Origin: Longimicrobiales bacterium
GTDB lineage: Bacteria > Gemmatimonadota > Gemmatimonadetes > Longimicrobiales > Gaopeijiaceae
Reading direction: 5' to 3'
Length of the DNA stretch: 64,000 nt
Assembly: GCA_965116905.1 (NCBI GenBank)
Contig: OZ220732.1
Location: 2,464,001-2,528,000, forward strand
A program made the position numbers and the translations under genes. Shown piece after piece: positions 49,604 through 59,534 of the stretch. The notes beneath the pieces are model-generated. The model ran no database searches and was not told the DNA's origin. It worked only from the letters and a program-made list of their open reading frames with translations. Position 1 is the first letter of the stretch, and every line of letters begins with the position of its first letter.

Positions 49604-51889
49604 TCAGAACACCACCCGGTAGACGACGTTCAGACTCCGCCCGGCCTCCGGCATGATCTCCTTCACCCGGGAGAGGTGGTTGCGGTACTCGGCATTCGCG
49701 GCGTTGACGAGGCTCACGGTCAGGACGTTCAGGCGCCCGCCGAACGTCAGCCGCATCCCGGCCGCGACGTTGAAGACGGTGTAGCCGGCGGTCGGCGTCT
49801 CGAATTCGCCAACCCTGTCCTGCCGGCTCGCCATCTCGGCCTCCGTCCGGAGATACCACGACGGCCGCTCGTACTTCAGGGCCACGTGTCCCTTGAGTGG
49901 AGGCATGAGAGGGAGTGGCTCGCCGGTCCCCTTGAGACGGCCTCTCACCGATGAGGCCACTCCCTCCAGCGCCAGCCCCCGGCCGGCATCCACGTCCACG
50001 CCGAACTCGAAGCCGCTGAAGACGGCGTCGCTGCCCCGGAACTGGTAGATGGGGAGCAGAACGCGGCTGAGACGGCCCGTGTCCTCGCCGTAGATGTGGT
50101 TCCTGATGTCGTTGTGGAAGCCGGTCACCTCGGCCCGCAGCCGGTCGGACTCGAAGCGGAGGAAGACATCGAGCCCCCTCCCGACCTCGCCCTCCAGAGA
50201 CGGGTTCCCGACCTCGAAGACGTAGGCCGCCAGATGCGGTCCTTCTGAATAGAGTTCGGTGATGTCGGGTGTCCGAAACGCCCGGACCACGCTTGCACCG
50301 AGGACCAGCCCGGAGGCCGACCTGTAGAGGACACCCAGCGACCCCGACAACGAGTGGAACCTGCGGTCGCGGATCTCGCCGATGTCCGAGATCCGATCTA
50401 CCGCCGGATCGGCCAGCGTCCAGTCGTAGCGCAGCCCCGACTCGATCTGGATGGAGCCCAGGTCGACTTCCTCGAGCAGGTACAGGGCCGCCCGGAGCCG
50501 ACGCGTGTCCGGCGTGTAGAGGGATCCCCCGTATCCGAAGTCCTCCCAGGACGCGCGGCCGCCCATCGCACCCGCCGCAAAGGGTCCCCACCTCCCATGC
50601 CGACCCAGGACGTCCGCGCTCACGCCCTGTTGCTCGAAGAGGGTCCCCAGAATGTCCGGCGCCTCGATCTCGCGGTGCGTGTACCATGAGTGATTCGCGT
50701 CGAAACGGAGGTTGCGGAAGGGGCCGACCGGCTCATCGACCACGGTCCGGAACTTCGACGTGAACCGCTCCATTTCGATGCGCACCCCCTCCTCGTGCCC
50801 ACCCACGAAACCACCCGGGATGCCGTAGTCGTTGCGGTACCCGCGGAAGGATGCTCCCAGGCGGCCCCAATCGGCCGCGTACGCCGTACCCGCACCCCCG
50901 CTCCACAGCCTGCCGTCGGTGTTGAGGAGCGTGCCGATGGGGGTCTTCAGGTCTCCCGCCGTCCGTGCGGCCAACTCCACGCGCAGCGGCACGCGCTCGG
51001 CGATGGCGAACACGGTCGTCGCGCTGCCGGCCAGCGAACCGGTCGCGGTGTGCGTCTGCAGGGTCGCGGCGCCCGTCAGGTCGTGCGGCACGGAGGTCGG
51101 AATCTCGTCGCGGATGACGTTGATGACCCCGCCCAGTGCGTTGCCTCCGTAGAGCAGGGCACCCGGCCCGCGCACGACCTCGATCCGCCGCGCCGACGAT
51201 GGATCGAGCGCGGTGGTGTGATCCGCGCCCGAGTTGGAGGCGTCCCCGACCGCGGTTCCGTCCTCCAGCATCAGTACCCGGTCGCCGCTCAGTCCCCGGA
51301 TCACCGGCTGCGCGACCGATGGACCCATCCTGGTGGCGGCCAGCCCCGGCATCGACGCGAGGGTGCCCGCGACGGTCGCCGTCAACTGGCGCTGCAGGTC
51401 ATCGCCCGCCATGACGCTGACCGGCCGGAGCGCCTCGGCCGCGGCGCGCTCGCTGATCGTGGCCGTCACCACCAGGTCGTCCAGCGCAATGGGAGACGGC
51501 GTCAACTCGATCACGACCTCGGCCGACTCCGCCACGGCTCGGCGCGCGCGCACGGTGCCCACGGTCACGACTGCGGTGGCGCCCCGGTATCCCAGCCGGT
51601 CGGCTCGAAGGATGTATCCGCCCGCGGCCAATCCCGTCAGGTGGAAGCTCCCGTCGCCGCCGGTGACCGCCCTGGTGTCCCTCCCGACCACCGATACCTG
51701 CGCTCCCGCCAGGGGTTCACCGGTCACCGCGTCGCGCACATTGCCCTCGAACACATGCACCTGCTCCGGCTGCTGCGCGAAGACCTCGGGAACGCCGAGC
51801 ACGGGAGCCACCGCAAGACACAGGACGAGGGCCGGTCTGCCGAGCGTGCGAATGCCGCCCCCGCGGGGAAAATGGAAAGCCGAGTTCAC
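49604..51889 (-). CDS. TonB-dependent receptor (ZnuD-like) with N-terminal carboxypeptidase-regulatory domain
   Basis: PVIRGLSGDRV, IEVVRGPGALLYG, ELYSEGPHLA, YRNHLS, terminal YRVVF. Confidence 0.9.
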   Translation of the reverse strand: MNSAFHFPRGGGIRTLGRPALVLCLAVAPVLGVPEVFAQQPEQVHVFEGNVRDAVTGEPLAGAQVSVVGRDTRAVTGGDGSFHLTGLAAGGYILRADRLGYRGATAVVTVGTVRARRAVAESAEVVIELTPSPIALDDLVVTATISERAAAEALRPVSVMAGDDLQRQLTATVAGTLASMPGLAATRMGPSVAQPVIRGLSGDRVLMLEDGTAVGDASNSGADHTTALDPSSARRIEVVRGPGALLYGGNALGGVINVIRDEIPTSVPHDLTGAATLQTHTATGSLAGSATTVFAIAERVPLRVELAARTAGDLKTPIGTLLNTDGRLWSGGAGTAYAADWGRLGASFRGYRNDYGIPGGFVGGHEEGVRIEMERFTSKFRTVVDEPVGPFRNLRFDANHSWYTHREIEAPDILGTLFEQQGVSADVLGRHGRWGPFAAGAMGGRASWEDFGYGGSLYTPDTRRLRAALYLLEEVDLGSIQIESGLRYDWTLADPAVDRISDIGEIRDRRFHSLSGSLGVLYRSASGLVLGASVVRAFRTPDITELYSEGPHLAAYVFEVGNPSLEGEVGRGLDVFLRFESDRLRAEVTGFHNDIRNHIYGEDTGRLSRVLLPIYQFRGSDAVFSGFEFGVDVDAGRGLALEGVASSVRGRLKGTGEPLPLMPPLKGHVALKYERPSWYLRTEAEMASRQDRVGEFETPTAGYTVFNVAAGMRLTFGGRLNVLTVSLVNAANAEYRNHLSRVKEIMPEAGRSLNVVYRVVF

Positions 51890-52097
51890 ATTATGGAAAC
51901 TCCGGTTGACATGCGCGGCTTGACATGCGAGTCGTCCAACTCCGGGGTTGCAATCCGCGACACCATGTTCGCTCTTGGTAGAGGTTGGCCCGCCCGGTTG
52001 TGCAGGTCAAGGACCGCCCGGCGGGGGCCTCAGCCCGGCATGTCCGGTTCGTGTGCACCAAGCCAGGGGGCCAGATGACGACATCTGCAACCGAGCC

Positions 52098-53423
52098 ATG
52101 CCCCGCGGGGCTTTCCACGTGATCGCGCTGAAGAAGGTGGTCGCGGCGACGGCCCGGTCGGTGTACATCCGCGTGCGGCTGGCCGAAGAGCGACTGCGAA
52201 GCGGCGCGGCGTGGTGGCCTCTCGCCAACGGCTTCGTCGCGAATCCCTATCCGGTCTATCGCAGGCTTCGCGAGCGGGACCCGGTCCACTACAGCATTCT
52301 CCTCGAACAGGTCGTGGTAACCCGCTACGCGGATGTGGACCGCATCCTTCGGGATCACCGGAGCTTCTCCAACGACCTGCGCCAGGCACGTTCATCACGC
52401 GGCTCGCTGGCCACACGCAAGAAACTGAAGCCCAGCATGCTCGTGCTCGACCCACCGGACCACACGCGTCTGCGACGGCTCGTGAACAGGGCGTTCACGC
52501 CCCGTTCGGTTGCGAAGATGGAGGACCATATCCGGGCGACCGCGCATGCTCTTCTGGACGAAGTCGAGGGCAGCGGCGAATTCGACCTGATGTCGGCCTA
52601 CGCCGGGCCGCTGCCAACGCTTGTGATCGCCGGCATGATCGGTGTGCGCGAGCGCGATCTCGACCGCTTCAAGGTGTGGTCCGGGCACCTGGCCCGTGCG
52701 CTGGAACCCCTCCTCACACCGGAAGAAGAGGAGCTGGTGCACCGGACTGAACGGCAGTTGGCCGACTACCACAGGGGGATCATCGAGCAGCGCCGGCGTA
52801 ACCCGCGCGACGATCTCATTTCACGGCTGGTGGAAGCCGAGGAGCAGGGCGACAGGCTCACGCCGGACGAGATGACGGTGATGCTTCGCCTGCTTCTGAT
52901 CGCCGGCAACGAGACGACCACCAACCTGATCGGCAACGGTCTGAGGGCGCTGCTGCGCAGTCCCGACCAGCTCGCCTTGCTGCGGGAACGCCCGGAGCTG
53001 ATGCCTTCGGCGGTCGAAGAGCTGTTGCGCTACGATTCGCCGGTGCAGCTGGACATGCGCTTTGCGACCCGCGACCTGGACATGGGTGGCCGATCGGTGC
53101 GCGCGGGGACCATGATCACCCCCGCAATCGGGGCCGCCAATCGCGACCCGGAGCGCTTCCAGCGGCCCGATGCACTGGACATCACGCGTTCCGATCCCGG
53201 GAACATCTCGTTCGGCCGCGGTATCCATCACTGTCTGGGCGCCCCGCTTGCCCGTCTCGAGGGACGGATCGCGCTGGAGGTGCTGCTGGAGCGTTTCGAA
53301 AGGATCGGCTTCGGCACGCGTGCACCACGGTTTCGGCCCAGTATTGTCCTGCGGGGGCTCGAGCACTTCGACATTCGCGCGATTCCACGCGGCCGCGCCG
53401 GTCGGAGCGCGACAGGCATGTGA
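52098..53423 (+). CDS. Cytochrome P450
   Basis: LDPPDHTRLR, AGNETT, EELLR (ExxR), SFGRGIHHCLG heme motif. Confidence 0.96.
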   Translation: MPRGAFHVIALKKVVAATARSVYIRVRLAEERLRSGAAWWPLANGFVANPYPVYRRLRERDPVHYSILLEQVVVTRYADVDRILRDHRSFSNDLRQARSSRGSLATRKKLKPSMLVLDPPDHTRLRRLVNRAFTPRSVAKMEDHIRATAHALLDEVEGSGEFDLMSAYAGPLPTLVIAGMIGVRERDLDRFKVWSGHLARALEPLLTPEEEELVHRTERQLADYHRGIIEQRRRNPRDDLISRLVEAEEQGDRLTPDEMTVMLRLLLIAGNETTTNLIGNGLRALLRSPDQLALLRERPELMPSAVEELLRYDSPVQLDMRFATRDLDMGGRSVRAGTMITPAIGAANRDPERFQRPDALDITRSDPGNISFGRGIHHCLGAPLARLEGRIALEVLLERFERIGFGTRAPRFRPSIVLRGLEHFDIRAIPRGRAGRSATGM

Positions 53424-53520
53424 CATCCGGGCTGGCGCTCCGGCCAGGTGATGGACACCTTTGCAATCGGTCGTGAACCGGTCACGCGTGCCCGCGCGGT
53501 CTCGCTGGGAAGGAGCCGAG

Positions 53521-54669
53521 ATGACCCGGGAAGACAGGTTCAGTCACCTCGTCGAGAACATGTACAAGGCGGCGCTGGCGGAGGGAAGATGGGTCTCGGT
53601 GGCCGGCCTGATCGACGACGCGATCTCCACGATCGGCCATAGCCTGACGTACGTGGAGGTGGGTCCGGAGGGGCAGTCCGATATCTGGCTTTCTCAGTTC
53701 TTTGTCGACAGCGAGCGTCGGGAGGACCTGCGGCAACTCTATTTCGGGGACTACTTCAAGCGAGACGAAGCGATTCCCCGGCTCGCCGGACTTCGCGACG
53801 GCGAACTGGTACACAAGGCGGATCTCTACACCGATCTCGAGAAGAAAAGATCCCCCGTATACGCGTTTCGCACGCAGCAGTACACGGAAGACGGCCTCTT
53901 CATGGCGATCGACGGGCTGGACGGCACGGCGATCGTCTGGTCCTGCGGCAACACCACCGAACGCTGCGGTTGGGGGCACGATCAGATCAGGACCATCCAG
54001 CGCCTGGCGCCTCACATCCGGCAGTTCTCGCGCGTGCGGCGTGCGTTGGCCAAGGCCGACGCGTTGGGCGCGTCATTTGCCGGGTTGCTGGAGAACAAGG
54101 GGCTGGGGTTGATCCAGCTGGATGGCCGCGGACGCATTGTGGAGGCGAACGACCGCGCCCGCGATGTCCTGCTGAAACGAGACGGGCTGCGCGACGACAG
54201 GGGCGTTCTTGTTGCTGTGCACAATGGGGAAAACGACGAGTTGCAGCGCCTGTTGGCGCAGGTGTCTCCCCCTTTTGGCGATCAGGGCACCGGCGGTTCG
54301 ATGAAGGTCACGCGGACAGAGACCCGAGCGCCGCTGGTCCTCGAAATCCACCCTGTGCAGGCAATGAAGACGAATCATTGCATGCATCAGGTCAGGGCAC
54401 TGGTGCTGGTTGTCGACCCGGCGCTCCGACCGCGTGTAGATCCGGACCTGGCAGCCGCGGCGTTAGGCCTGACGCCCGCGGAGAGCCGAGTGGCCGTGGC
54501 CATAGCGTCGGGGGACACGGTTGCCCGCATCGCACTCACGCTGAGCTGCGCCGAAAGCACCGTGAAGACTCACGTCAAGCGAGTCTACCGCAAGCTGGGG
54601 ATCCACAAGCAGACGGAACTCGTGCAGAGGGTGCTGTCACTGGAGGCCTTTCGAACGTCGGTCCGCTAG
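53521..54669 (+). CDS. LuxR-type HTH regulator with PAS-like domain
   Basis: LDGRGRIVEAN (PAS-like); LTPAESRVA...STVKTHVKRVYRKLG (LuxR HTH). Confidence 0.88.
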   Translation: MTREDRFSHLVENMYKAALAEGRWVSVAGLIDDAISTIGHSLTYVEVGPEGQSDIWLSQFFVDSERREDLRQLYFGDYFKRDEAIPRLAGLRDGELVHKADLYTDLEKKRSPVYAFRTQQYTEDGLFMAIDGLDGTAIVWSCGNTTERCGWGHDQIRTIQRLAPHIRQFSRVRRALAKADALGASFAGLLENKGLGLIQLDGRGRIVEANDRARDVLLKRDGLRDDRGVLVAVHNGENDELQRLLAQVSPPFGDQGTGGSMKVTRTETRAPLVLEIHPVQAMKTNHCMHQVRALVLVVDPALRPRVDPDLAAAALGLTPAESRVAVAIASGDTVARIALTLSCAESTVKTHVKRVYRKLGIHKQTELVQRVLSLEAFRTSVR

Positions 54670-54739
54670 ACGTGGTCCTCGTCCGCTAGAACCGGAATGC
54701 CAGGTTCACGATGGGACGGATCTCCGCCTGGTCAGTCGG

Positions 54740-55084
54740 CTAAAGGGCCAACACCAGCCTCAGCCCGCTCTCGACGTGGCCCATGAGTCTTCGGGAAACC
54801 TGTCCGGCTCGGTCGGTGAGGTAGTCCTCATCAATCGTCAGCAGCTGCGTGACATTCGCGACCGAGTCCCTGGGTAGGCCGGTGCTCGCCGCCTGAAGGA
54901 GCACATTGCCCGGAGCGTCGAGGAGCCGCGTATTCGAGGAAAGGGCCACGCCGATGACGGTTCGGAGCCTGCTTCGGTTGAATGCGTCCGCCTGGACGAT
55001 GAGGACGGGGCGCCGAAACCCGGGTTCGGATTTGCGCGGCTCGTCCAGGTCCGCCCACCATACTTCCCGGCGTGCGACTACCAA
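54740..55084 (-). CDS. mazF: PemK/MazF-family toxin
   Basis: REVWWADL.EP..SEPGFRRPVLIVQ, GLPRDSVANVTQL. Confidence 0.93.
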   Translation of the reverse strand: MVVARREVWWADLDEPRKSEPGFRRPVLIVQADAFNRSRLRTVIGVALSSNTRLLDAPGNVLLQAASTGLPRDSVANVTQLLTIDEDYLTDRAGQVSRRLMGHVESGLRLVLAL

Positions 55085-55311
55085 TCTTCGGCTACCGACC
55101 GAGCCTGTGCCCGGCGCATGTCAGGATCGATTCCGCTGGGCGAATCGGCGTAGACGGAGTTCAGCCTTGCGGTAACGTCGGCGTCACGGTGCTTCGCCAC
55201 GTACTCCGCGACGGCGGTCGCGTAGAGTGCGCTTCGGGAAACCCCTAGCCGATTCGCAAGAGAATCGGCCGAGGCGAACACCGTGTCGGGAAGTGAAATC
55301 GTCGTTTTCAT
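55078..55311 (-). CDS. Ribbon-helix-helix antitoxin (MazE6/ChpI-like)
   Basis: MKTTISLPD...LGVSRSALYATAVAEY; overlaps the toxin start. Confidence 0.88.
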   Translation of the reverse strand: MKTTISLPDTVFASADSLANRLGVSRSALYATAVAEYVAKHRDADVTARLNSVYADSPSGIDPDMRRAQARSVAEDW

Positions 55312-55346
55312 ACTGTAGTCATACTGTGGTATGAAGGCGGAGTCAA
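55308..55346 (-). promoter_or_regulatory. TA promoter/operator (leaderless)
   Basis: TTGACT-N17-TATGAC-N6-ATG; inverted repeat TCATAC-tgtg-GTATGA (55319-55334) plus another TCATAC at the start codon. Confidence 0.72.
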
Positions 55347-55364
55347 GTCGGAAGGTCGGACTTA

Positions 55365-55409
55365 TTGACGCCACCGGTTCCGTCGTTATATTGGTAACCA
55401 TATGGTTAC
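55365..55409 (+). promoter_or_regulatory. ArsR promoter and operator
   Basis: TTGACG-N16-TATATT; perfect palindrome GTAACCATATGGTTAC (55394-55409) over the start codon. Confidence 0.78.
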
Positions 55410-55782
55410 GCTTCATTCTCCACTCGACGCGACCTTTCACGCGCTGGCCGACCCCACGCGCCGGGCGATCCTTGCGCGACTTGCCGATGGAGAGGCCACG
55501 GTCGGTGAACTGGCGGCGCCGTTCGAAATCTCGCGTCCGGCGATTTCCAAACACCTGCGTGTGCTGGAGCGCGCGGGCCTCGTGGATCGGACTCGGGAGG
55601 GGCGCACGACCCGTTGTGCGCTCGACGCCCGCCCGATGAGCGAGGCCGCGGACTGGGTGGAGACCTACCGGACGTTCTGGGAGGTCCAGCTCGCTGCCCT
55701 TGCGTGCCTTTTCGAGTCGGAAGCGGCCCCAGGCACCGCCCGGAACGTCAGGCGCACCACCCCGAATGGAGAGACGGAATGA
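55402..55782 (+). CDS. ArsR/SmtB-family regulator
   Basis: FHALADPTRRAILARL, ISRPAISKHLRVLERAGLV. Confidence 0.93.
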   Translation: MVTLHSPLDATFHALADPTRRAILARLADGEATVGELAAPFEISRPAISKHLRVLERAGLVDRTREGRTTRCALDARPMSEAADWVETYRTFWEVQLAALACLFESEAAPGTARNVRRTTPNGETE

Positions 55783-56219
55783 CGAACGATCCCGAAGGAA
55801 CCCTCCGAGTCTCGAGAGTGATTCCGGCTGACCCGGAGGCGGTGTTCCGCGCCTGGACCCACCCGGATCTGATCCCGCGATGGCACGGCCCGCCCGGCGG
55901 GAAAATACTCGACGTGCAACTCGATCTCGCGGAGGGCGGAGCGTTCAGCCTGCGCATGGAGGGGGCAGACGGAAGACTCTACCATGTATTCGGAGTATAC
56001 GAGGAGGTCACAGCCCCGCGACGGCTGGTCTACACCTGGGACGTGGAAGGCGCGGACGACTGGGTGGGCGAGACCCTGGTGACAGTGGAATTCCTGCGCG
56101 AAGGCAAGTCGACTCGGGTCGTCATCACCCACGAGGGATTCCCCACGGCCAAGGATACCGAAGGCCCTCGCGGCGGCTGGACGGGATGCCTGGATCACCT
56201 GGAGGGCGTGTTCGTCTGA
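55779..56219 (+). CDS. SRPBCC (AHSA1-like) domain protein
   Basis: VFRAWTHP...W, RRLVYTW, ETLVTVEF, GGWTGCLDHL; ATGA overlap with the ArsR gene. Confidence 0.88.
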   Translation: MTNDPEGTLRVSRVIPADPEAVFRAWTHPDLIPRWHGPPGGKILDVQLDLAEGGAFSLRMEGADGRLYHVFGVYEEVTAPRRLVYTWDVEGADDWVGETLVTVEFLREGKSTRVVITHEGFPTAKDTEGPRGGWTGCLDHLEGVFV

Positions 56220-56285
56220 TCTGCTCCAATCGCAGGAGATATCCGTCAGACGTCGCCGAGCCACGGCAAGTTTCTGAGATTATTG

Positions 56286-56313
56286 TTGATTATTGACGAT
56301 TTTCTGTTATAAT
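56286..56313 (+). promoter_or_regulatory. Sigma-70 promoter with extended -10
   Basis: TTGATT-N16-TATAAT with TG extension, 6 nt upstream of ATG 56320. Confidence 0.72.
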
Positions 56314-56319
56314 CGACTT

Positions 56320-57525
56320 ATGATACATACATTTTCGGTATCCAATTACGGGTCCATACGTGAGGAAGTGACCCTCGATCTGCGAATCCCGGGTACGGCG
56401 CCGGACTTGGCTTGCTTCCGCCGGAGCGCAGCCAGGCCGGATGTTCGGCTGCCCGCGGTCGCCGTTCTGATTGGGCCAAACGGGTCGGGCAAGACGACAT
56501 TGCTGCGGGCGTTGGTGGACTTGGGGCGGATGGGTTCTTCGCCGACCGAACCCGTCACTCTGTTGCCATTCTCTTCGCGCGAGACAAGGTGGGCGCCGAC
56601 GCGCTTCGCCCTCGAGGGCGAAACAGATTTCCTGGCACCGGGCGAGTGTCCGCGAAGGTTCCGGTACGAACTGGAGATTGGACGGCAGTCGACGGACGAC
56701 GGGGGGGACGGCCCTATGTTCGTGAATCACGAAGCCTTGGTCCATTTTCCCAAGGGACGCCGCCGCAGACTCCTGGAGCGGCGATCCCCCAGGGAGCCGA
56801 TCTACGTTGCCCGGGAATTCGGTCTCACAGCCCGGGACGATCGCCTGAAGGGGGTCGAGCCCAACCGGTCGGCGGTCGCCACGCTGGCCTTGGTCAACGT
56901 GCCCGCCGCAAACCGGTTCGCGGAATACCTCAGCAACTCGCTGCGCGTCGCGAGCAACATCTCGGGCAATGACACTCTCACGCCGGATACTTCGACCGTC
57001 ATCGGGTGGTTGGAGGGTAGTGGTGAAGCAAGGGAGTGGGTGCGCGGACAAGTCCGACAAAGCGATCTCGGAATCGAGGACATCGAGGTCGTCGACGGAT
57101 TCGGTGGCAAGCACATCCGTTTCAATCACAGGGGATTGGATGGGCCGATCGTCCTCGGTCTGGAGTCCAGGGGTACTCGGAACCTGATTCACCTGCTGCC
57201 ATTGATCAGGTTGGCGCTGGATGTAACCGGATTGGCGGTTTTGGATGAAGTCGACGGTGCCCTTCACGTCGACACGTTGGCGGAGATCCTCAACCAGTTT
57301 CGGTCCCGCGAAACCAATCCGCGCAATGCCCAGCTCATCTTGTCCTCGCACCACGTCGGCTTGCTCGACGATCTGGAAAAGGAAGAGGTCTTCATCGTCG
57401 AGAAGGACGATAGCGGTGCCACCCGGGTGTACGGCGCACAAGACGTCAAGGGTCTGCGCCGTGACGTGCGTCTGTATCCGAAGTACCGGGCGGGTGTGCT
57501 CGGCGGGCTGCCCAGAATCGGTTGA
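56320..57525 (+). CDS. AAA_21 / RloA-like ABC ATPase (abortive-infection type)
   Basis: FSVSNYGSI, GPNGSGKT, ESRGT, VLDEVD..LH, AQLILSSHH, C-terminal YRAGVLGGLP. Confidence 0.85.
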   Translation: MIHTFSVSNYGSIREEVTLDLRIPGTAPDLACFRRSAARPDVRLPAVAVLIGPNGSGKTTLLRALVDLGRMGSSPTEPVTLLPFSSRETRWAPTRFALEGETDFLAPGECPRRFRYELEIGRQSTDDGGDGPMFVNHEALVHFPKGRRRRLLERRSPREPIYVAREFGLTARDDRLKGVEPNRSAVATLALVNVPAANRFAEYLSNSLRVASNISGNDTLTPDTSTVIGWLEGSGEAREWVRGQVRQSDLGIEDIEVVDGFGGKHIRFNHRGLDGPIVLGLESRGTRNLIHLLPLIRLALDVTGLAVLDEVDGALHVDTLAEILNQFRSRETNPRNAQLILSSHHVGLLDDLEKEEVFIVEKDDSGATRVYGAQDVKGLRRDVRLYPKYRAGVLGGLPRIG

Positions 57526-57547
57526 GGCGCGATGCGGGGACCCCGGC

Positions 57548-57829
57548 CTACGGCTCCCGAAAGAAGTCAATCCTGCAGCGCAACGGGCCCGCGAGGGCGA
57601 CCCTGTGAGGCAGGCCGGGCCGGATCGTGACGCGGTCGGGTGCCGGGATCAGCCGCTCGTCGCCGGTCTCGAGGTTCACGAATCGCAGGCTGCCCTCGAG
57701 CACGTTCAGCACGCCCCAGTGTCCCGGCGCCAGGGTGTGCTCGGCTTGCAGGGCGTCCGGCAGCGTGTCCTGTGTGAAGATTGGAGATGTTCCGCCTGGT
57801 ACGAGTCCATCGGGCAATCGGTCGGTCAT
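57548..57829 (-). CDS. DUF1971 (TehB N-terminal-like cupin) protein
   Basis: PIFTQDTLPDALQAEH, WGVLNVLEGSL, PHRV, IDFFRE. Confidence 0.8.
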   Translation of the reverse strand: MTDRLPDGLVPGGTSPIFTQDTLPDALQAEHTLAPGHWGVLNVLEGSLRFVNLETGDERLIPAPDRVTIRPGLPHRVALAGPLRCRIDFFREP

Positions 57830-57931
57830 GGTCTTTGGAGGTTGACGCAACGAGGCAGGGGAGGACCCCGGGGGGCCGGTGGGGAGTACCATTCGGGCAC
57901 AGGGCCCAGTTCAGTCCGTATCGTAAGGGCG

Positions 57932-59476
57932 ATGAACAAACACCTGCAATCAACCGCGTTGCTGTTCGCCCTGGTCGGCGCGATTCCCGAACCCGCGGCC
58001 GCCCAAGAAGTTCGCCGGATGGCGGCGTTCATCTCTCCGAACGTCGCTTGCCGGGTAGCGCCGTCCTCTTCGGCGGAAGTGGCGGGGTTCCTCCGGCAGC
58101 CGGGGGAGTTCAGAGAGGCCATCGTCGAAGAGACGGGACGCACCGAGACGGACGATGCCGGAGAGGTCTGGGTCTACGTGGGCCCGGACTACACCAGGTG
58201 GGCGGGACTTGGCACGGGTTGCTGGGTTCATGATTCGGTGCTGGCTCCGATCGACGGGTACGCCCTGACGGAGGCTCACCTGCTGCTGATGGCCGACGGC
58301 CTGCTGTCCGCCCCCGAGGGACGAACGCTGGCCGACCTGGTGGCCTACCACAACGTGTTCAGGCATCCGCGCTACCGGGAGATGGTCGAACGGTCGCCGG
58401 TTCTCGTTGCCCGGCGGCAGGATCTACTCGCCAGGGCGCTTCGGGTGGTGGAGACCGAGAGGCTGGCCGCACGCGATCCGCTGGTGGTCGCCTGGCTCGA
58501 AACGCTCGGTGAGGAGGCCGGGGGTGCGTTGCCGGCCAGGGAAGCTCCGGAAGCTACCGCGCCGGGGGCCCGGGCACTTGCCATCATCGCGCCCGATGTC
58601 GCATGCCGCAGCGCTCCCGCCGCCGACCCGACGCCGCGCGCGGCCACGCTTCGTCTGGACCATCACTTCACGGCGGAGCGGGCCGACACGACGGTCTCCG
58701 GCAACGACTGGACCTTCGTCTTCGACGGCTGCTGGGTGCCCGCCTCCCTGACCGCGTCGGCGGACTCCGGCGAGCACGTCCTGGCGATCGCCGACCGGTT
58801 CCTGTCAGCTGGCGAGGGGAGGTCGACGGACAACCTGCTGCAGGTCTACAACGTGCTGTCCGGCTGGAACAGTGGCCACCGGGACGCGGTGGAGGCTTCG
58901 GGCATCCTGGGCCTGCGGCGGCTCGAATTGATCGAGCGCTGGCTGGCCACCTTCAAATCCCGCGATGCGGATCCCCTGACCCGCGCCGTGGTCCGGTCCC
59001 TCGACGATGAGGTGCTGCACTTCGACCCCGCGGGCGTGTGGATCCTGCGCGACGATGCCTGGCTGGCCCTGTACGAACGACACCGAGGCCGCCCGGAAGC
59101 GCACGATATCCTGTGGAAGCTTGCGACGTCGGCAGTCCACGAAGACTGCGAAGGCAGCTTCGCCTGTCACGCGCGCGGTTGGGTTCTTAACAGGGTGGGC
59201 CGGTACTGGGTCGCCTACCCCGGTGGTCCACACGTTGCCGAGGCGGTGACACGGGCGCGCGACCGACTACGGTGGTCCCTGGAGTGGTGCAATGCTGCCC
59301 GCGATGCCGACCCCGGTTCCCGGGAAGCCCGGCGGTGGGAATTCGCGGGGTGGGATGAGAACGACGCGGAGACGGTCCGGGAGTTGCGAGCGTCGCTACG
59401 CGATGTGGCCGAGGACGACAAGGCGCCGCTGGTGGAGTTGCTGGACGCGCTGGAGGGGTGTGCGGGGGGTGGGTGA
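57932..59476 (+). CDS. Secreted hypothetical protein with two SH3b-like + helical repeats
   Basis: Signal peptide (…AAA-Q); two copies of 'PxVACRxAP...W...GCWV...HxLxxADxxLS..EGR...DPL'. Confidence 0.7.
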   Translation: MNKHLQSTALLFALVGAIPEPAAAQEVRRMAAFISPNVACRVAPSSSAEVAGFLRQPGEFREAIVEETGRTETDDAGEVWVYVGPDYTRWAGLGTGCWVHDSVLAPIDGYALTEAHLLLMADGLLSAPEGRTLADLVAYHNVFRHPRYREMVERSPVLVARRQDLLARALRVVETERLAARDPLVVAWLETLGEEAGGALPAREAPEATAPGARALAIIAPDVACRSAPAADPTPRAATLRLDHHFTAERADTTVSGNDWTFVFDGCWVPASLTASADSGEHVLAIADRFLSAGEGRSTDNLLQVYNVLSGWNSGHRDAVEASGILGLRRLELIERWLATFKSRDADPLTRAVVRSLDDEVLHFDPAGVWILRDDAWLALYERHRGRPEAHDILWKLATSAVHEDCEGSFACHARGWVLNRVGRYWVAYPGGPHVAEAVTRARDRLRWSLEWCNAARDADPGSREARRWEFAGWDENDAETVRELRASLRDVAEDDKAPLVELLDALEGCAGGG

Positions 59477-59534
59477 ATCATGCGGAGTCCGCGTCCGGTT
59501 CATTGGGCAGAGGGTCACACCCGCCAGATTCCGA

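Noticed and set aside
51890..52097. Possible cobalamin riboswitch upstream of the TonB receptor
   Set aside because: No B12-box or GGGAA core motifs were recognisable by eye; a covariance-model search would be needed.
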